A stretch of 48,978 bases of DNA, counting the filler, from Jimgerdemannia flammicorona (taxonomy: Eukaryota), in assembly GCA_003990765.1 (NCBI GenBank). It is 2 parts of 2 records of this genome, joined end to end, with 100 filler letters (N's around TTAATTAATTAA, not from the genome) between each part and the next. Parts side by side here need not be neighbours in the genome. Positions count along the whole stretch, not along the records: positions 1 to 24,453 come from RBNJ01000974.1; 1 more part is not named here. One strand, given 5' to 3'. The stretch's first letter is position 1, and each line of letters begins with the position of its first letter. The notes under the pieces were generated by a model that was not told the DNA's origin, searched no databases, and was given only the letters and a program-made list of their open reading frames with translations. Below, piece by piece: positions 12,475-24,553 of this stretch. The position numbers and the translations under genes are program-made.

Positions 12475-13771
12475 ATGGTGAGATACGCTGCTACTCCGGC
12501 CAATTCTGCAAAGTGTGAGTTCTCGGATGCCCTCCGGTCTTTAGGGCTGCTTCTGGGTCTGGGGTGGTGGAGTGGGAGTGCGAGATGGACCGTTGGGGAC
12601 ATGGGGACGTGTGGAATTGCTGCCGGTGGGCAGTCAGGTTGTTGCTTGTCGTAGTTGGTTGGTGAACCGGAGTTCGCTTGGATCGAGAGTACGTGTTGAA
12701 TGACTTCTCCTGTTCTGACTAACGTTATGCCTTTCTTTACTCCAGCTTCCAAGTCCCGCGGTTCCTATCTCCGTGTTCATGTAAGTAGGCACGCTTCACC
12801 GCTTTCTAAAGGTCTGTAGAAATCCTCTATCCGACATGAGATCTGATATTCCCTCTTGCCGCACACTCAACCACCAGTTCAAGAATACCCGCGAGGTTGC
12901 CGCCGCCATCACCGGCCTGAAGCTTAGCAAGGCCCTGACCTATCTCGCCGACGTCAAGGAGCACAAGCAGGCCATCCCCTTCCGGAGGTTCAAGGGTGGC
13001 GTGGGCCGCACCGCCCAGGCTAAGCCCTTTGGCGTTACACAAGCTCGCTGGCCTGCCAAGTCCGCCGAGTTCGTGCTGGGCTTGCTGAAGAACGCCGAGA
13101 GCAACGCTGAGGTGGGTAGGACGCGTATTCGGTTTCTGGGTTGTATACGAGCGGTGTGGTGGAATGGGGTGGGCGAAATGGGGCGGGTGAAATGGGGCGG
13201 GAGGATTGATGTGGGCGGGCGAAGGACGCCAAGGTGGGAGGTCGCAGCGTGGGAAAAGTTAAAGGGCTGGGGGAGACTGCGGGAATATCGTGATAAATTT
13301 GGTTTTGGGGAAAAGGTGGCTCGATGTTTTCTCGGTCGATTATGGAAAGGGGACATCATGTGGGTTTGGAGGAAATAGACTGGCTCTAAGTATGATCTCC
13401 GTGTTTGCAATCTTCCAGGTCAAGGGTCTTAATGTCGATGAGCTGTATATTAGCCACATCGTCGTTAACCAGGCCCCCAAGCAGCGCCGCAGGACGTACC
13501 GTGCCCACGGTCGTATGTATGTATTTTTTCTTTCTGCACATGGTATCTTTGCTACTGTCTCAGTTTTGTTCGTCATGGTTCTCACATTCCACTTCCAACC
13601 ACATCTCCACCTTTCAGCAACCCCTACATGAGCTCCCCCTGCCACATTGAGGTCATCCTCTCCGAGGCCGACTCGACTGTCAAGCGCGAGGACGACGGCA
13701 AGAAGGTGGCCCGTCTCAACGTCCGCCAGGTGGCCCGCAATGCCCGCAAGGCCCGCCTCACCCGCGCCTAA
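12475..13771 (+). CDS. RPL17: 60S ribosomal protein L17 (uL22), 5 exons
   Basis: [13 protein letters not shown]|..[89 protein letters not shown]. Introns are canonical; TAA at 13769-13771. Confidence 0.98.
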
Positions 13772-14500
13772 GTGTGTCTGAGGTGGTGTCTGTGTATGTG
13801 CCGTGCTTTCCGTGAATCCTGCCGATGAAAATAATAAAAAAGACGTTGGGTGCTTTGACTTCCCCTGCTCTGATAAATGTGGATTCACGCCGTTGGTATG
13901 AGGACTTGGGCATACGATTTGAAATGTTAGGATGGATGGATTGCGGGGCGGAGGATGAGATGTATGAAGGGGGGCGAATGAGGTGGAATCGTGGTTGAAT
14001 ATATCAAGAGAAAATCGACAGGCATCGCCGGGCCTAGAATCGACACGGGTGCATACGGAAAATAAAATAAAGAACGTGTCCCAGACCCGATCTCATGACT
14101 TTAATGCTCTTGTTTGCACATTTCGATTCAAGCCAAACTGCACGTGCTTCGAAACGTGTCGGGCATCCTGAGAGGCGATAATCATTATTGGCTTCTTTTT
14201 TCCTGTCGTCCCAAGCAAGATCGTTGCTAGTCCGGGCCGGAGATTCTATTTTTTTTTTTTAAAAAAAAAAAGAAATTGAACCGAACCAATCGCACAATAT
14301 TCTATTCGAAGAGTGAGATGCATATCTTCATAGCGGGCCACCTCCGATTACAGCGTCAACTCGTCGGATCACCTCATACATTATGCATGTCCAATGCCCA
14401 GATTTATGTCGCAGCCCTAGAAGCACGTAGCTCTATAATCAATAACTCTATGGCTCATGTGTTTTGTAAGTGATTGCTCCGAAGATCACTTTGTCAAATT

Positions 14501-14581
<81 letters not shown>

Positions 14582-15822
14582 CTTTTGTTTATTTGTAGTT
14601 CGGTTCAGTACAAATAAGAAATAAGTAAAACAATTACTAAGATAGAAGAAAGTAATAATATTATATATTATAACAAAGATGATTTTATAGTTTAATAATA
14701 ATTAAGAACTATTGATCTTTAAATCAAATAATAAAATATAAGATAATTAATATTACAATAGTTGAAATATATAAAAAATTGCCCTACTAAATAAAATATG
14801 AATTAGATCTGTAGTAAAAGATTTAAATATTTATAATGAATAATCTCTAAAAACTGAAATTAATAGAAACAGTCTTAAATATGATATATAAAATGCAACT
14901 ACAATTGATAACTTGATATACATATATTCATTATATAAGCAATCACTTCAAAAGATCACTTGATCATACCAGTTTATTTATTTATCCTTATTGAAGTTGT
15001 ATAAATATCTGTTCATTCTACATGAATAAAACCGAGAGGTATTAATAGCTTCGCTAGTTTTATAAGAGCACAAAGTTGTTTTCCAAACAAAGAGGATCAA
15101 ATGCGCGGAATGTAATTACATCTTTTACCGATTTGGCTGTTCATGTAAGCTACGGGCATATCTGTGGGAGCAGAATAAAAACATATGCCGAGCACTCCAC
15201 GGCCAGTATCGAGGCAAAGCTGCTTGACATAATTACGACAGAAAAAAAAAACCAGGAGTTTCTATTGCGGTTTGATAGGTCACACATTTCAGGCAAGCAG
15301 GTTACATGTACAACGTGGTTATCATTCTCCCTGTTCTCCCTGGTGCAGCATGCATATGGATCTCAGATAGGGTTATTTGTGACTGGTTGGTGGCACGGCG
15401 TGGGCGTGTAGCGAGGGGCTTGGGAGGGTCCGTCGCTTCGTCGCTTCGATCCCGGATGTCCGAGACATTTAACGTGCCAAATTCTCAGATTGGAGGCTAT
15501 TTTAAATTCAAAAGCGAATGACGAAATTGAAATGGGATTGCAATGAGGCCAGGGCAATACTGGTCTAGTGGATGTTGTGGATGGTTTAACTAGGTAGCTG
15601 AGCGAGGCATAGGCAATGTATGGGAGAGTCTGACATCAGGCACGAATATAAATAAAATAAAAGGGAGGTGTTGGTAGGTGCAGAGTTGGTGCTGTGAATC
15701 GGGAACTTCTATTTTTGGTTGGTGGGGCTTAGTCCTCTCGACGTAATAAAAATTCCCGCTGGACTGCCTTCGCCCCTTTCATTTTCTTTCCCCTGGACAC
15801 ACACGTCTCCATACCCACAACA

Positions 15823-18360
15823 ATGAGGAAGCCATCCTCCTTCAAGAGCCTCATGTCACTGCTGCTACTGGGCGCCCTATTGCTCAACACAGCAAACGCC
15901 CAGGTCTCTCCCACCGCGGGCCCCGTAGCGACCAGCGCCGCGCAACCGACGGCTACTGTCGTTGCCACCCCCGCTGCTTCCACCCCTGCTGCTTCCGCCC
16001 CCGCTACTTCCGCCCCCGCGTCGAATTCGGCCCTCGTTTCTTCCCCAGTTAGTGACAGTAACAGTATATCGGCCTCCTCCGCTGTGAGCCAGTTGCCTTC
16101 TGCGACGACTTCCCAGGCGCCTGTCGGGACGGGTTGCCTTGATGCCGACTTTAATACGGTTACTGACTTCTTCCCGGACAAATTGCAACTGAGTGAGTAT
16201 CAGAATTGTTGCATGGATCATTGGATTTGAGGTGTCGACAAACAATTGAAAGTTTATGAGCATTTTGAGAATAAGAGACCATAAGAGCGGTGGATAACAT
16301 TCAACCCTAAACACATAGTCAAGTTTGCCAAGAAACACAACGCAATCCGCCCAAAATTCCTGACTAAACCTCAATTTTCACTTGTGGCACCTAATAGACG
16401 GCTCCAGTGGCTTCAAGGTGCAGTATCAAAAATTCTATAAGATCATCAACAATCTCAAGTCGGGAGAGTTTTACTTGCTCTACTGCTCCCGGTCGGCCCC
16501 CAATGTCTCCTTTCCTGTCAAGGGCTTGGTTCAAATTCCGGTCACGAATGCCGCCGCTCTGGACATTAACACGATCGGTTTCCTAGACGTAAGTATTTGT
16601 GTTATCAGTCATATTAGGTCGCATCTTGTTTAATTTCGAGGGGACAAAAGCAAATCTTTATTCCAGTCATGCCAGAAGTTCATATGGGTCTCCGAGATTT
16701 CTAACCCCCCCCTTCCCTCTCCCCCCTCCCCCCCCCCCAAAAAAAAAAGTTGCTCGGCAAGAGCAGCTCGCTTAAATATATCTCGGATCCCAAGAACGTG
16801 ACCTCCCCGTGCATCTCGCAAACCCTCACGACGTTCAGCAATTCGGTCACTGATGCCGATGTTATCTTCTCGAATAAGGCCGAGCCTAATGACAAGCGCT
16901 ACGTGACCATTTCCATTGACGACACCATGACCCCGTTGCAGGTGCGGATTTTTTTTTCTTTTCTTCTCCCGCTTGTTCGAGGGACGGATGCGTACATTCT
17001 GGCGCCACTGCGGTGAATGGGTGTTACAGCTTTTCCCCTTTATCATAAAGGTTGACATTTTTTCTTTTTTTTTTTTTAAAAAAAAAAAAAAAAACCTTAA
17101 CGCGCAATAGAAAGCAGAGTGGATCAAGTTTTACGGTCTATTTTTCAACCTAGAAAAGCAGTCCGAAGACATCTACAATAATGTGGTGAGCCAGTACAAT
17201 TGTCACCAGCAGAACATGCAGAAAGCGGAGATCAGCAACAGGCGCAATATCTCGTGGATCGGGTGGGACCCCAACGGCCCGGCCTTCAATTACAAGACCG
17301 ATGCCGACATTTACTACAAGCAGCTGACTCAGGACGCCGGTATGTAGTTTCAAATGTGCGAACCATAGAAGCCATGCATCATGTCACTCCCAAATTTTGA
17401 AAGTTTACCATCTGACGCTTCCTCACGGACAACCACCCCAGGCGCCATCTTCACCATCCCCTCGAGCAACACGCTCTACCGCATCTATACTAACGACACT
17501 CTGCGAGGGCAACTCCAGAACGCGTCGCATGTGATCGACCTGACTCCCTTCTCTCAAGCGGATGCCAGCAATATTAAGTCATGGCTCTCACTTACCGGCT
17601 ATAGCTTTAGCCAGGTCAATGCATCTGACTACACTGCCATGACTAACGCCCTGACGAACGCCGGAAACTACATCAACGACCCGCAGGCTCCGCCCTTCAT
17701 GAGATACAAGAGGTTGTGGAGGTTGGATTACGAGGCGAACACGAATGGCATTGCGGGTACGTCTGTTCAACGATGTTTTTGAGGTCGTTTTTTTTTGTTT
17801 GTTTTTTTTTCCTATCTCCGTGGCATCGACACGAACTGACTCTCCAACCCTCACTTTCATCTTCAGACTACACCAACCGCGGTGTGGCGCGTCCCGACCT
17901 CGTCCTCCAAGACTTGATCGCTATCCAGTTCCCCACCTACCAGTCCTGGACACGTGACTTCTTGCGCAACTTCTCCTCGGAGTCTCTACTTACTCCCAGC
18001 GCCTCCTCTTATGGCTGCGGTAGCTCCAATTTCGGCTCGTGCGCGGCACAAAACTTCAAGGATGGTGGGGCCGATAATCCATTTATCACGAACACCGTGA
18101 CCCCGGGCGAACTTAGCACAGAGGCTAAGATCGGGCTGGGCACTGCCGGCGGCCTCATCGGGCTCGCCTTCCTCGCCGGCACCTTCGTCGCCTTCCGCAG
18201 GAGAATGAAGGACAAAAACACTAGGCAGTTTGCCCCTCTGGGTCAGTCGGAAGCGTTCGAGATGCCCAGGGGCGGTGAAGCCATCTACGATGATCCTTCC
18301 GCCGAACCGGCGAGGGCTGGCAGGTTTGGCGGTGGGAGAGGAGGGGATTTAGACGATTGA
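15823..18360 (+). CDS. Secreted, single-pass membrane periplasmic-binding-protein-like protein (CBA1-like), multi-exon
   Basis: Signal peptide, then a Ser/Thr/Ala/Pro-rich stalk, CLDADFNTVTDFFPDK, GFKVQYQKFYKIINN..YLLYC, TPLQ|KAEWIKFYGLFFNLEK and DYTNRGVARPDLVLQDLIAI. A transmembrane helix (IGLGTAGGLIGLAFLAGTFVAF) is followed by RRR. Confidence 0.8.
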
Positions 18361-19137
18361 AAGGAAATATAAGAAAAGAAACCTTGTCTAAAAAAAAAGG
18401 GGGGGGGGAGGGGGAGGAACGGTGTTCAACTTTTTTTTTTTCGCGTCGTTCGCTTTCGTTCTATACAAATACTTATTGTAGGAATGGGATTTTGTATGTA
18501 TCAAATGGTGCTTGCTTTCCGGTGCTTTGATGTCCATCGTTTATTTTGTTGTAAAAGAGAACTGTTTTCATCAGCGCCAGATCAATTATATATTTCGTGA
18601 TCCCGCGCCCGAATTGAATGATTTTGCCATATGGTTTCTTACATCGCATGGTTATCCGACTGCACAAGTATTACCAATATCTGTGACCACACTTGCAAAC
18701 TATTTTATTTTATATTGAATTGACCATAAAATTATAGATACTCATAGTGCTCTCAACAAATTAAATTGAATGATTTGATTTGGTTTGACTGAATACTATT
18801 TGCTTATGTAATATAAATTTAAAGTTACATAATACAACTTTAGCTTAGCTATAAAATTTATAACAAAATTCCAGCCCTTAGAACTTGTATTTTCATATTA
18901 AAACTAGACCGTTAGATACATCATCTGGATGTAAAGAAGATACGAATGTTTATTTTTATACATATGCTTGCGATTGCTGAAATGTGATGTTGTATGATTG
19001 CTCTACAGCCTGGCCTGACAGAATGGATGCCATTTCGAGAACAGTGGAGTTTGTATGTAGGTGGCACCACACAGAGTTGTATTGACTTATGTTTGGTTTC
19101 ATCGACATCTTTTGAGATCCGTTCTGGAACTATCAAA

Positions 19138-19585
19138 ATGGCAGACGCCTTCGCGGCCATCGCGAACCCTACCCCACGTCGGATGATGGAATGTCTAGCC
19201 GCAATTTCCAGGTTCACAATCTGCGGGCTCGGCAACCTCGAGGTCGTCAAAGCGTGGAGCTTGCCGGGTGAAGCTTGCAAAAGGCATTGGCCGAGCTGAC
19301 GACGTTCGACATTAACAGAACGCTCGGGGATATCGTGCACAGTCTTAAGGACATGAAGACATTATAGATCAAAGACGTCGTGTATATCAACGACAGAGTC
19401 GGCTGCGGGTGTGGGACGGGCGTGACGATCGGCAAGGGTTGCCGTGGAGCGACAGCCTCAACGAACAGGTATATACTGGCCACGTATCCCAACTTCGAGG
19501 AGTCGTGATTGCCAGCCCACTTGCGACAGGGTATCATTGATGGCGAAGAATTTGTGCTCGGGTCGAGAGCGGCCGCTGGATTGTA
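19138..19585 (+). pseudogene. Degenerate LRR-like coding remnant
   Basis: GC-rich island in AT-rich DNA. Frameshifted peptides with in-frame stops (LGNLEVV, HWP/LTTFDI, MKTL*IKDVVYIND) loosely resemble RNI-type LRRs. Confidence 0.3.
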
Positions 19586-19999
19586 AATACAAAATACATC
19601 CATTGAATATGAAAGTGTCCTTTTGTGTGTGGCGATTCACACGACAATGCACAAGAAACATGGTCATATATGATAATGACAGAAACTGAGATTCTTATGG
19701 GGAAAGAGGGCGACTGGTGTCACAAGCTGAGACGGTCGACTCCGGATGAATGAAAAAGCAATAATCATAAAGAGCTAAATATCACAAGTTGCAAACTGTC
19801 ACAAAAGATGCATTCTAAATCACAATTCAATATTTTTCAACTGTCCGTGGTCATAAATCAGAACAAGACAAAAAATCAAGCGAAGTAAGGCCCGGCCTTT
19901 CAAAAGTACATGCTGTAATCTCGCTTCCCAGTTTCCACCACTTCAATATCCGCGTAACGCACGATCCACGCCGCCACCTCGATCATGCCGCCACCTCGA

Positions 20000-21443
20000 T
20001 CATGACATGCCTGTCAATTCCCTCGTCTCTTTCGCACTCTCTTCCAAATCTTCGGAGACGTACTTGTCGAGCAGCTGCGTGGAGAGGACGGAAGGATGAA
20101 TATGAGTGCGATCAAAATCACTACGCTTTTCCGAAAAACACACTCACACGCCACTCCGCCCTCCTTACTAACCTGCTGCCTCCTCCTCCTGACCAAATAC
20201 TCCTCTACCTCCTTCTGGCTTGGCACGGCCACATGTGCCACATACTTGTCCGTCACGGCCCCGGCCCCTTCTTCCGCCGGCTCCTCCGCCTTCTTGCCTT
20301 TGCCCTTTTTCCCGGCCTTTTTGGGGTTCTCCTCCTCTGTATCCACCTCCATCACCTCCGCCTCTTCCGCCTCCTCCTCTACCGTGACGAACTCGCTCTC
20401 CCCCGCTGCCAGGGCCCGTTGTGCCCACTCCCGCTCCCGCTCATGCTCGTACTCAAGCAGCGCACCGTCCTCCTCGTCGCGATAGCCATAGTAGTCCGCG
20501 TCCACATTACGGTACATGTCGAAGCGAGTGCGTTTGGGGGCCTCGGGAGCTGTGCAGAAACGAAAGTTGATTACGATTAGAATCTCATGATGGGCATGAC
20601 CGCGGGTGTGAGGCTTTTTGGGCGGGTAAGTAAAAAATGAGGTACGAACCATCTTGCTCGAACAGCTCGCGTACGCCAGGCAGGTCTTTTGCTCGGCCAA
20701 AGTATCTGTCACAGCAATTGTGGTGATAGTGATGAGCACTTATGTCCACACCGAAGTGCTATGGGTGCGACACAATCGCCATACGTACTTGTATCCTCGG
20801 TTGCCTGGCACTTCGCGCCCCTCCTTGTCCAGCATCCTGGGACCAATTTTCTATATGGAGAAAACCATGGACAATTAAGGATGGAATGGAGGATGCGATC
20901 ACCCGATTTAACCATCCCAGAAGAAAACATGGCATTGAAATCATACCCAGTAATCCGGCCCGCCCAATTCTTTTATCCGGTTTTCCCAGTACATCTTCTC
21001 GCGCATCAACTTGTTGATCTCGTCGTTCAGGTCGCGGACCTGGTAATCGGACAGGCCAGCTGGATGGTACATGTACCGTGATCCAAAAAAACGATTAATA
21101 TTCGATCGATAAAGACGCGTGAAAAGACGCACCCTCCGCACACAAGAATCAACATACCGTCCTGGATTTTGGACACCTTCCGCGACACCTCGCTAATAAC
21201 CTGCCTTCGCCACTTCTCTGCCTCCCCCAGGTTATTAACATTGGAGGCGAGGTGAGGGCGGCGCTCCCTCTGCTTGACGACGCCCAGCTCGGCGGCCTGG
21301 GCCTCGCGGAAGCGATAGAGCATGGACTGGGCTTTCTCCTCGTTGCGCGCCTGGTGGAGGACATCGTTTAGGGTTAAACACGGGAATTAGGAGTTAGGTT
21401 AACAAGTAAGTCTTGAAGGGGAGGGGGGAGGATTACGAACCAT
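20000..21443 (-). CDS. ISY1: Pre-mRNA splicing factor ISY1, multi-exon
   Basis: ATG-only first coding exon at 21441-21443, then [111 protein letters not shown] and LLDKYVS. TGA at 20000-20002. Confidence 0.96.
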
Positions 21444-21574
21444 TATTTCGGTCGGGGGGGTGTGTATTAAAGAGGTGTCGCAAGTTGTTTGAAGACATCA
21501 ACAGTGACTGCCATTCCACTCACGTGATAAACCGCCACAAAGAATACTCAACGCTTCACTTGCTCTTCAATACA

Positions 21575-22867
21575 ATGCCCAGAATCTCTCCACGCCTCTA
21601 CTCCAAGCCCCCACCACCCAACACCAGCTCACCCGTTCCTCGCTCCATTCTCTTTGATAACCGCCTGTCCGCCCTGGTGAAACTCCCTTCTCCTACCTCC
21701 AGCGAACTGCCCACCTTGTCCGACTTTGAGAAGGATGTGCTGGCGAATCCGTACGGTAGGAAATCCGCCCTTGAGGGTGTTGTAAGAACATTGATATTGA
21801 GAACAAACAAAAAAATTTATATTGATTTTGGTCTTGATGTCTTAAACTCTCTCTCTTTCTTACAATTAGCCGCAATGCTCGCCTCCCCGCTCCGCAAGTG
21901 CATCTACCATGATCGTGTTTTTCCGAACGGTAATACATATTTATTCATCTGTCCGCGAACCCGTATCACCTTTACAATCCTAATACAGTTCGCGCTACCC
22001 TTTGGTCCAGCCTTTCTCACCCGCTTCATCCAGGTCCGTGACTCGTCCACCAACCGCCCTTGGATTGTGTCTGACCTGGCGCGTGTAGACAAAAGCGACT
22101 ATGGGCGGTGGGTGAAAGCAAGGGGGAAAGTCATTGCGGCGCTGCATCAGGACGGTGAGCTGGCGACTGTTTTTTTTTTTTGTCGTTCTGCTCTTCATTA
22201 TTTTTACGATCCGATCTCACACCCGTATCATCATCACTTCCCACCACCTCCAGGCCGCTATAAATCCATTAATGAGAGGGCCTTCTTCCGCCCCGATATG
22301 CCCTCTCACATCTACCGTCTGCAGGTTGCGCGCGCCGCCGACGCGCTGCGGCATCTCGCGGCGTGGGCGAGATCCAGGGACATGAAAACGGCGGCGAACA
22401 GCATGAAAGTCTTTGTGGTGATGATGCAAGCCGACCCAGCGCACGGAGACGCGGTGAAGTGGGAGACGAATTATAGGGTGCCCGGGTTGCAGTGCGTGTT
22501 GGTGTTCTTGCCTGCGGCTGACGGTTCCAATCCGGAGCCTGATCCTGGTGCGGACACGCCGCAGAATCCCGTCTCCTCTACCCCCCTCCTCCCATCACCC
22601 GATGCTATCTGGCATCTATGCGTTGCGCGGTTTCCATCCTCGCGGTCCGTTAGCGGGGAAGCCAAGACGGCTGTGGTTCCGACGTACAACGCGGGAGTTG
22701 TGTGGGGGGAGGCACGGGCGGCAGAGCTGAGGGAAGCTGTGATTACGGCAATGAGGCGAAGGAAGAAGAAGAGCAAGGGTGGAATGATGGTGGTTGGGGT
22801 TGTGAGTGGGACGAAGAGCAGGGAGTTTGCAATGGAGATGTGGAAAATAAGAGGGTATTTGGAGTGA
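21575..22867 (+). CDS. Hypothetical protein, probably mitochondrial (RRG8-like motif), 3 predicted introns
   Basis: The Arg/Ser/Pro-rich N-terminus resembles a presequence. The spliced motif LANPYAAMLASPLRKC..RVFPNAFLTRF recalls fungal Rrg8-type proteins (from memory, not searched). Introns at 21756-21869, 21930-22010 and 22155-22253. Confidence 0.65.
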   Translation: MPRISPRLYSKPPPPNTSSPVPRSILFDNRLSALVKLPSPTSSELPTLSDFEKDVLANPYGRKSALEGVVRTLILRTNKKIYIDFGLDVLNSLSFLQLAAMLASPLRKCIYHDRVFPNGNTYLFICPRTRITFTILIQFALPFGPAFLTRFIQVRDSSTNRPWIVSDLARVDKSDYGRWVKARGKVIAALHQDGELATVFFFCRSALHYFYDPISHPYHHHFPPPPGRYKSINERAFFRPDMPSHIYRLQVARAADALRHLAAWARSRDMKTAANSMKVFVVMMQADPAHGDAVKWETNYRVPGLQCVLVFLPAADGSNPEPDPGADTPQNPVSSTPLLPSPDAIWHLCVARFPSSRSVSGEAKTAVVPTYNAGVVWGEARAAELREAVITAMRRRKKKSKGGMMVVGVVSGTKSREFAMEMWKIRGYLE

Positions 22868-23105
22868 GGGGTGGAGTGAGATGCGATTAAGGGGAGGCGG
22901 GCTGTGCCAGTATCTTTAATCTATATGATAATAGAGAGTTGAATCTGCTCACGTTTCTATAGACGGTACATATCCTGACGCAACGACCACCACCTTTCTA
23001 ATCAACAACCATGCCACTACACTCGATCCTACAAGAAGCTTGTATTCTTCACTTTATTGAATTCACACTATCCGCGCCTCTACAATACACGATACTTCCC
23101 TCGCT

Positions 23106-24362
23106 TTACAATGGCCCAATCAACAACGCCTCCGAAGCGGTCCGAATCGCCGCCACAGCCTCCTCCATTGTGCGCCGGACGATGATCTCGGCAGGGAGGA
23201 CATCCTGGACGAGTCCAAGGCCAGAGCCGGCGAAGATTCCCTGGGGATTGGGCGACATTCCAATAATGAACATCGTCAGTTAATATTGGAACACACAAAA
23301 GTGTCATTGCGAAAACAGCTCGTCGGACGTCGCCCGTCAAAATAACCTACCAATCCATCCTTATCCCCTTCCCTCGTTGCCGTTTCCCATACCTCCCTCA
23401 CCACCTCGATCCCCATCCCCTCCTCCTCTGTAACCCTATTCCTGACCGCGCGCCCATCATACCCCTCCGGCCACGGCAACCCTCTGAGTACGTCGAACAC
23501 GCCGGTTCGCACGGTCGACACCCCGCCGTCCGAACCTTCGACCACGGCGCGCTTAGCCCCGGGAGGGTACCCAGACTCGTCGCATGCCATGAAACGCGTG
23601 CCCATGCAGACGCCCGAGGCCCCAAGCGACAGGCTAGCGGCCAGGCCGCGACCGTCGGCGATGCCGCCAGCGGAGATGATCGGGAGTTGGGGGTGATGAG
23701 GGCGGAGCCGGGTGACAGTCTCGGGAGTTAGGGTGATGGTGGTGGAGTTGGTAGATTTTCCGTGGCTGTTGGGGAGGGGAGAATTGAGTATGATGCAAAT
23801 TACAGGCCAGACGGCGATTGGGAATTGTCATGCGTGAAAGGCTCGAATAATGAGGCTATGATGAGAGCGGATCGACTCACCCTCCAGCCTCATTCCCCTG
23901 TACAACAATCACATCCACGCCGTCCCCAGCAGCCCTCACAGCCTCATCCACCGTCCCAACCTGCACAATAACCTTCGTCAATGGCGACCTCTCGCGCACG
24001 ACCTTCAAGAACGGTCTATACTCCCCGAACGAGAACCACACAGCCGCCAGCGGGGTTGAGCGCGTGGCCTCGAGCGCGTCCATCAGCAGCCCCGGTCGAG
24101 TCTCGAGCCACCACGTGATATAGCCGAGCCCGAAAGGGAGCACATTCCCGAGACCCACCGGCGGGGCGATGCGCTTGGCGGTGGCGATCTCGGCGAGGAT
24201 CCAGTCGGAGGTTTCATTGTAGCCGGAACCGATCAGACCCAGGGCACCGGCACAGGAGACGCGCGCGGCAAGGAGGCCACCAGAGGCGAAAGCCATCGGG
24301 GCGGAAATGATGGGAACGGTGAGATTAATGTGGGAGAAGGTGCGGGTGAACAGGGTGTTCAT
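23106..24362 (-). CDS. Nitronate monooxygenase / 2-nitropropane dioxygenase family flavoprotein
   Basis: PIISAPMAFASGGLLAARVS.AGALGLIG, VIVVQGNEAGG, IISAGGIADGRGLAASLSLGASGVCMGTRFMACDES, PWPEGYDGRAVRN and IFAGSGLGLVQDVLPAEIIV. TAA at 23106-23108. Confidence 0.93.
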
Positions 24363-24453
24363 GGTCAAAGGTAAAGGACCGGTTTGTGATTTGACCGTCA
24401 CAATTTATTTTTCATTTCTAATCACTCACGTGTGGTTGCAAAGTCCTCTTTTT

Positions 24454-24553
24454 NNNNNNNNNNNNNNNNNNNNNNNNNNNNNNNNNNNNNNNNNNNNTTA
24501 ATTAATTAANNNNNNNNNNNNNNNNNNNNNNNNNNNNNNNNNNNNNNNNNNNN
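24454..24553. other. Artificial contig spacer N44-TTAATTAATTAA-N44
   Basis: Symmetric 100-bp block with a palindromic six-frame stop linker in the centre. Confidence 0.95.

Noticed and set aside
12514..13419. Intronic snoRNA in RPL17
   Set aside because: No convincing paired C/D boxes with a terminal stem, and no H/ACA structure, were seen.
24454..24553. Sharp switch from gene-dense to repeat-rich DNA as a biological compartment boundary
   Set aside because: It coincides with an artificial linker, so the halves are probably separate contigs and no linkage can be inferred.
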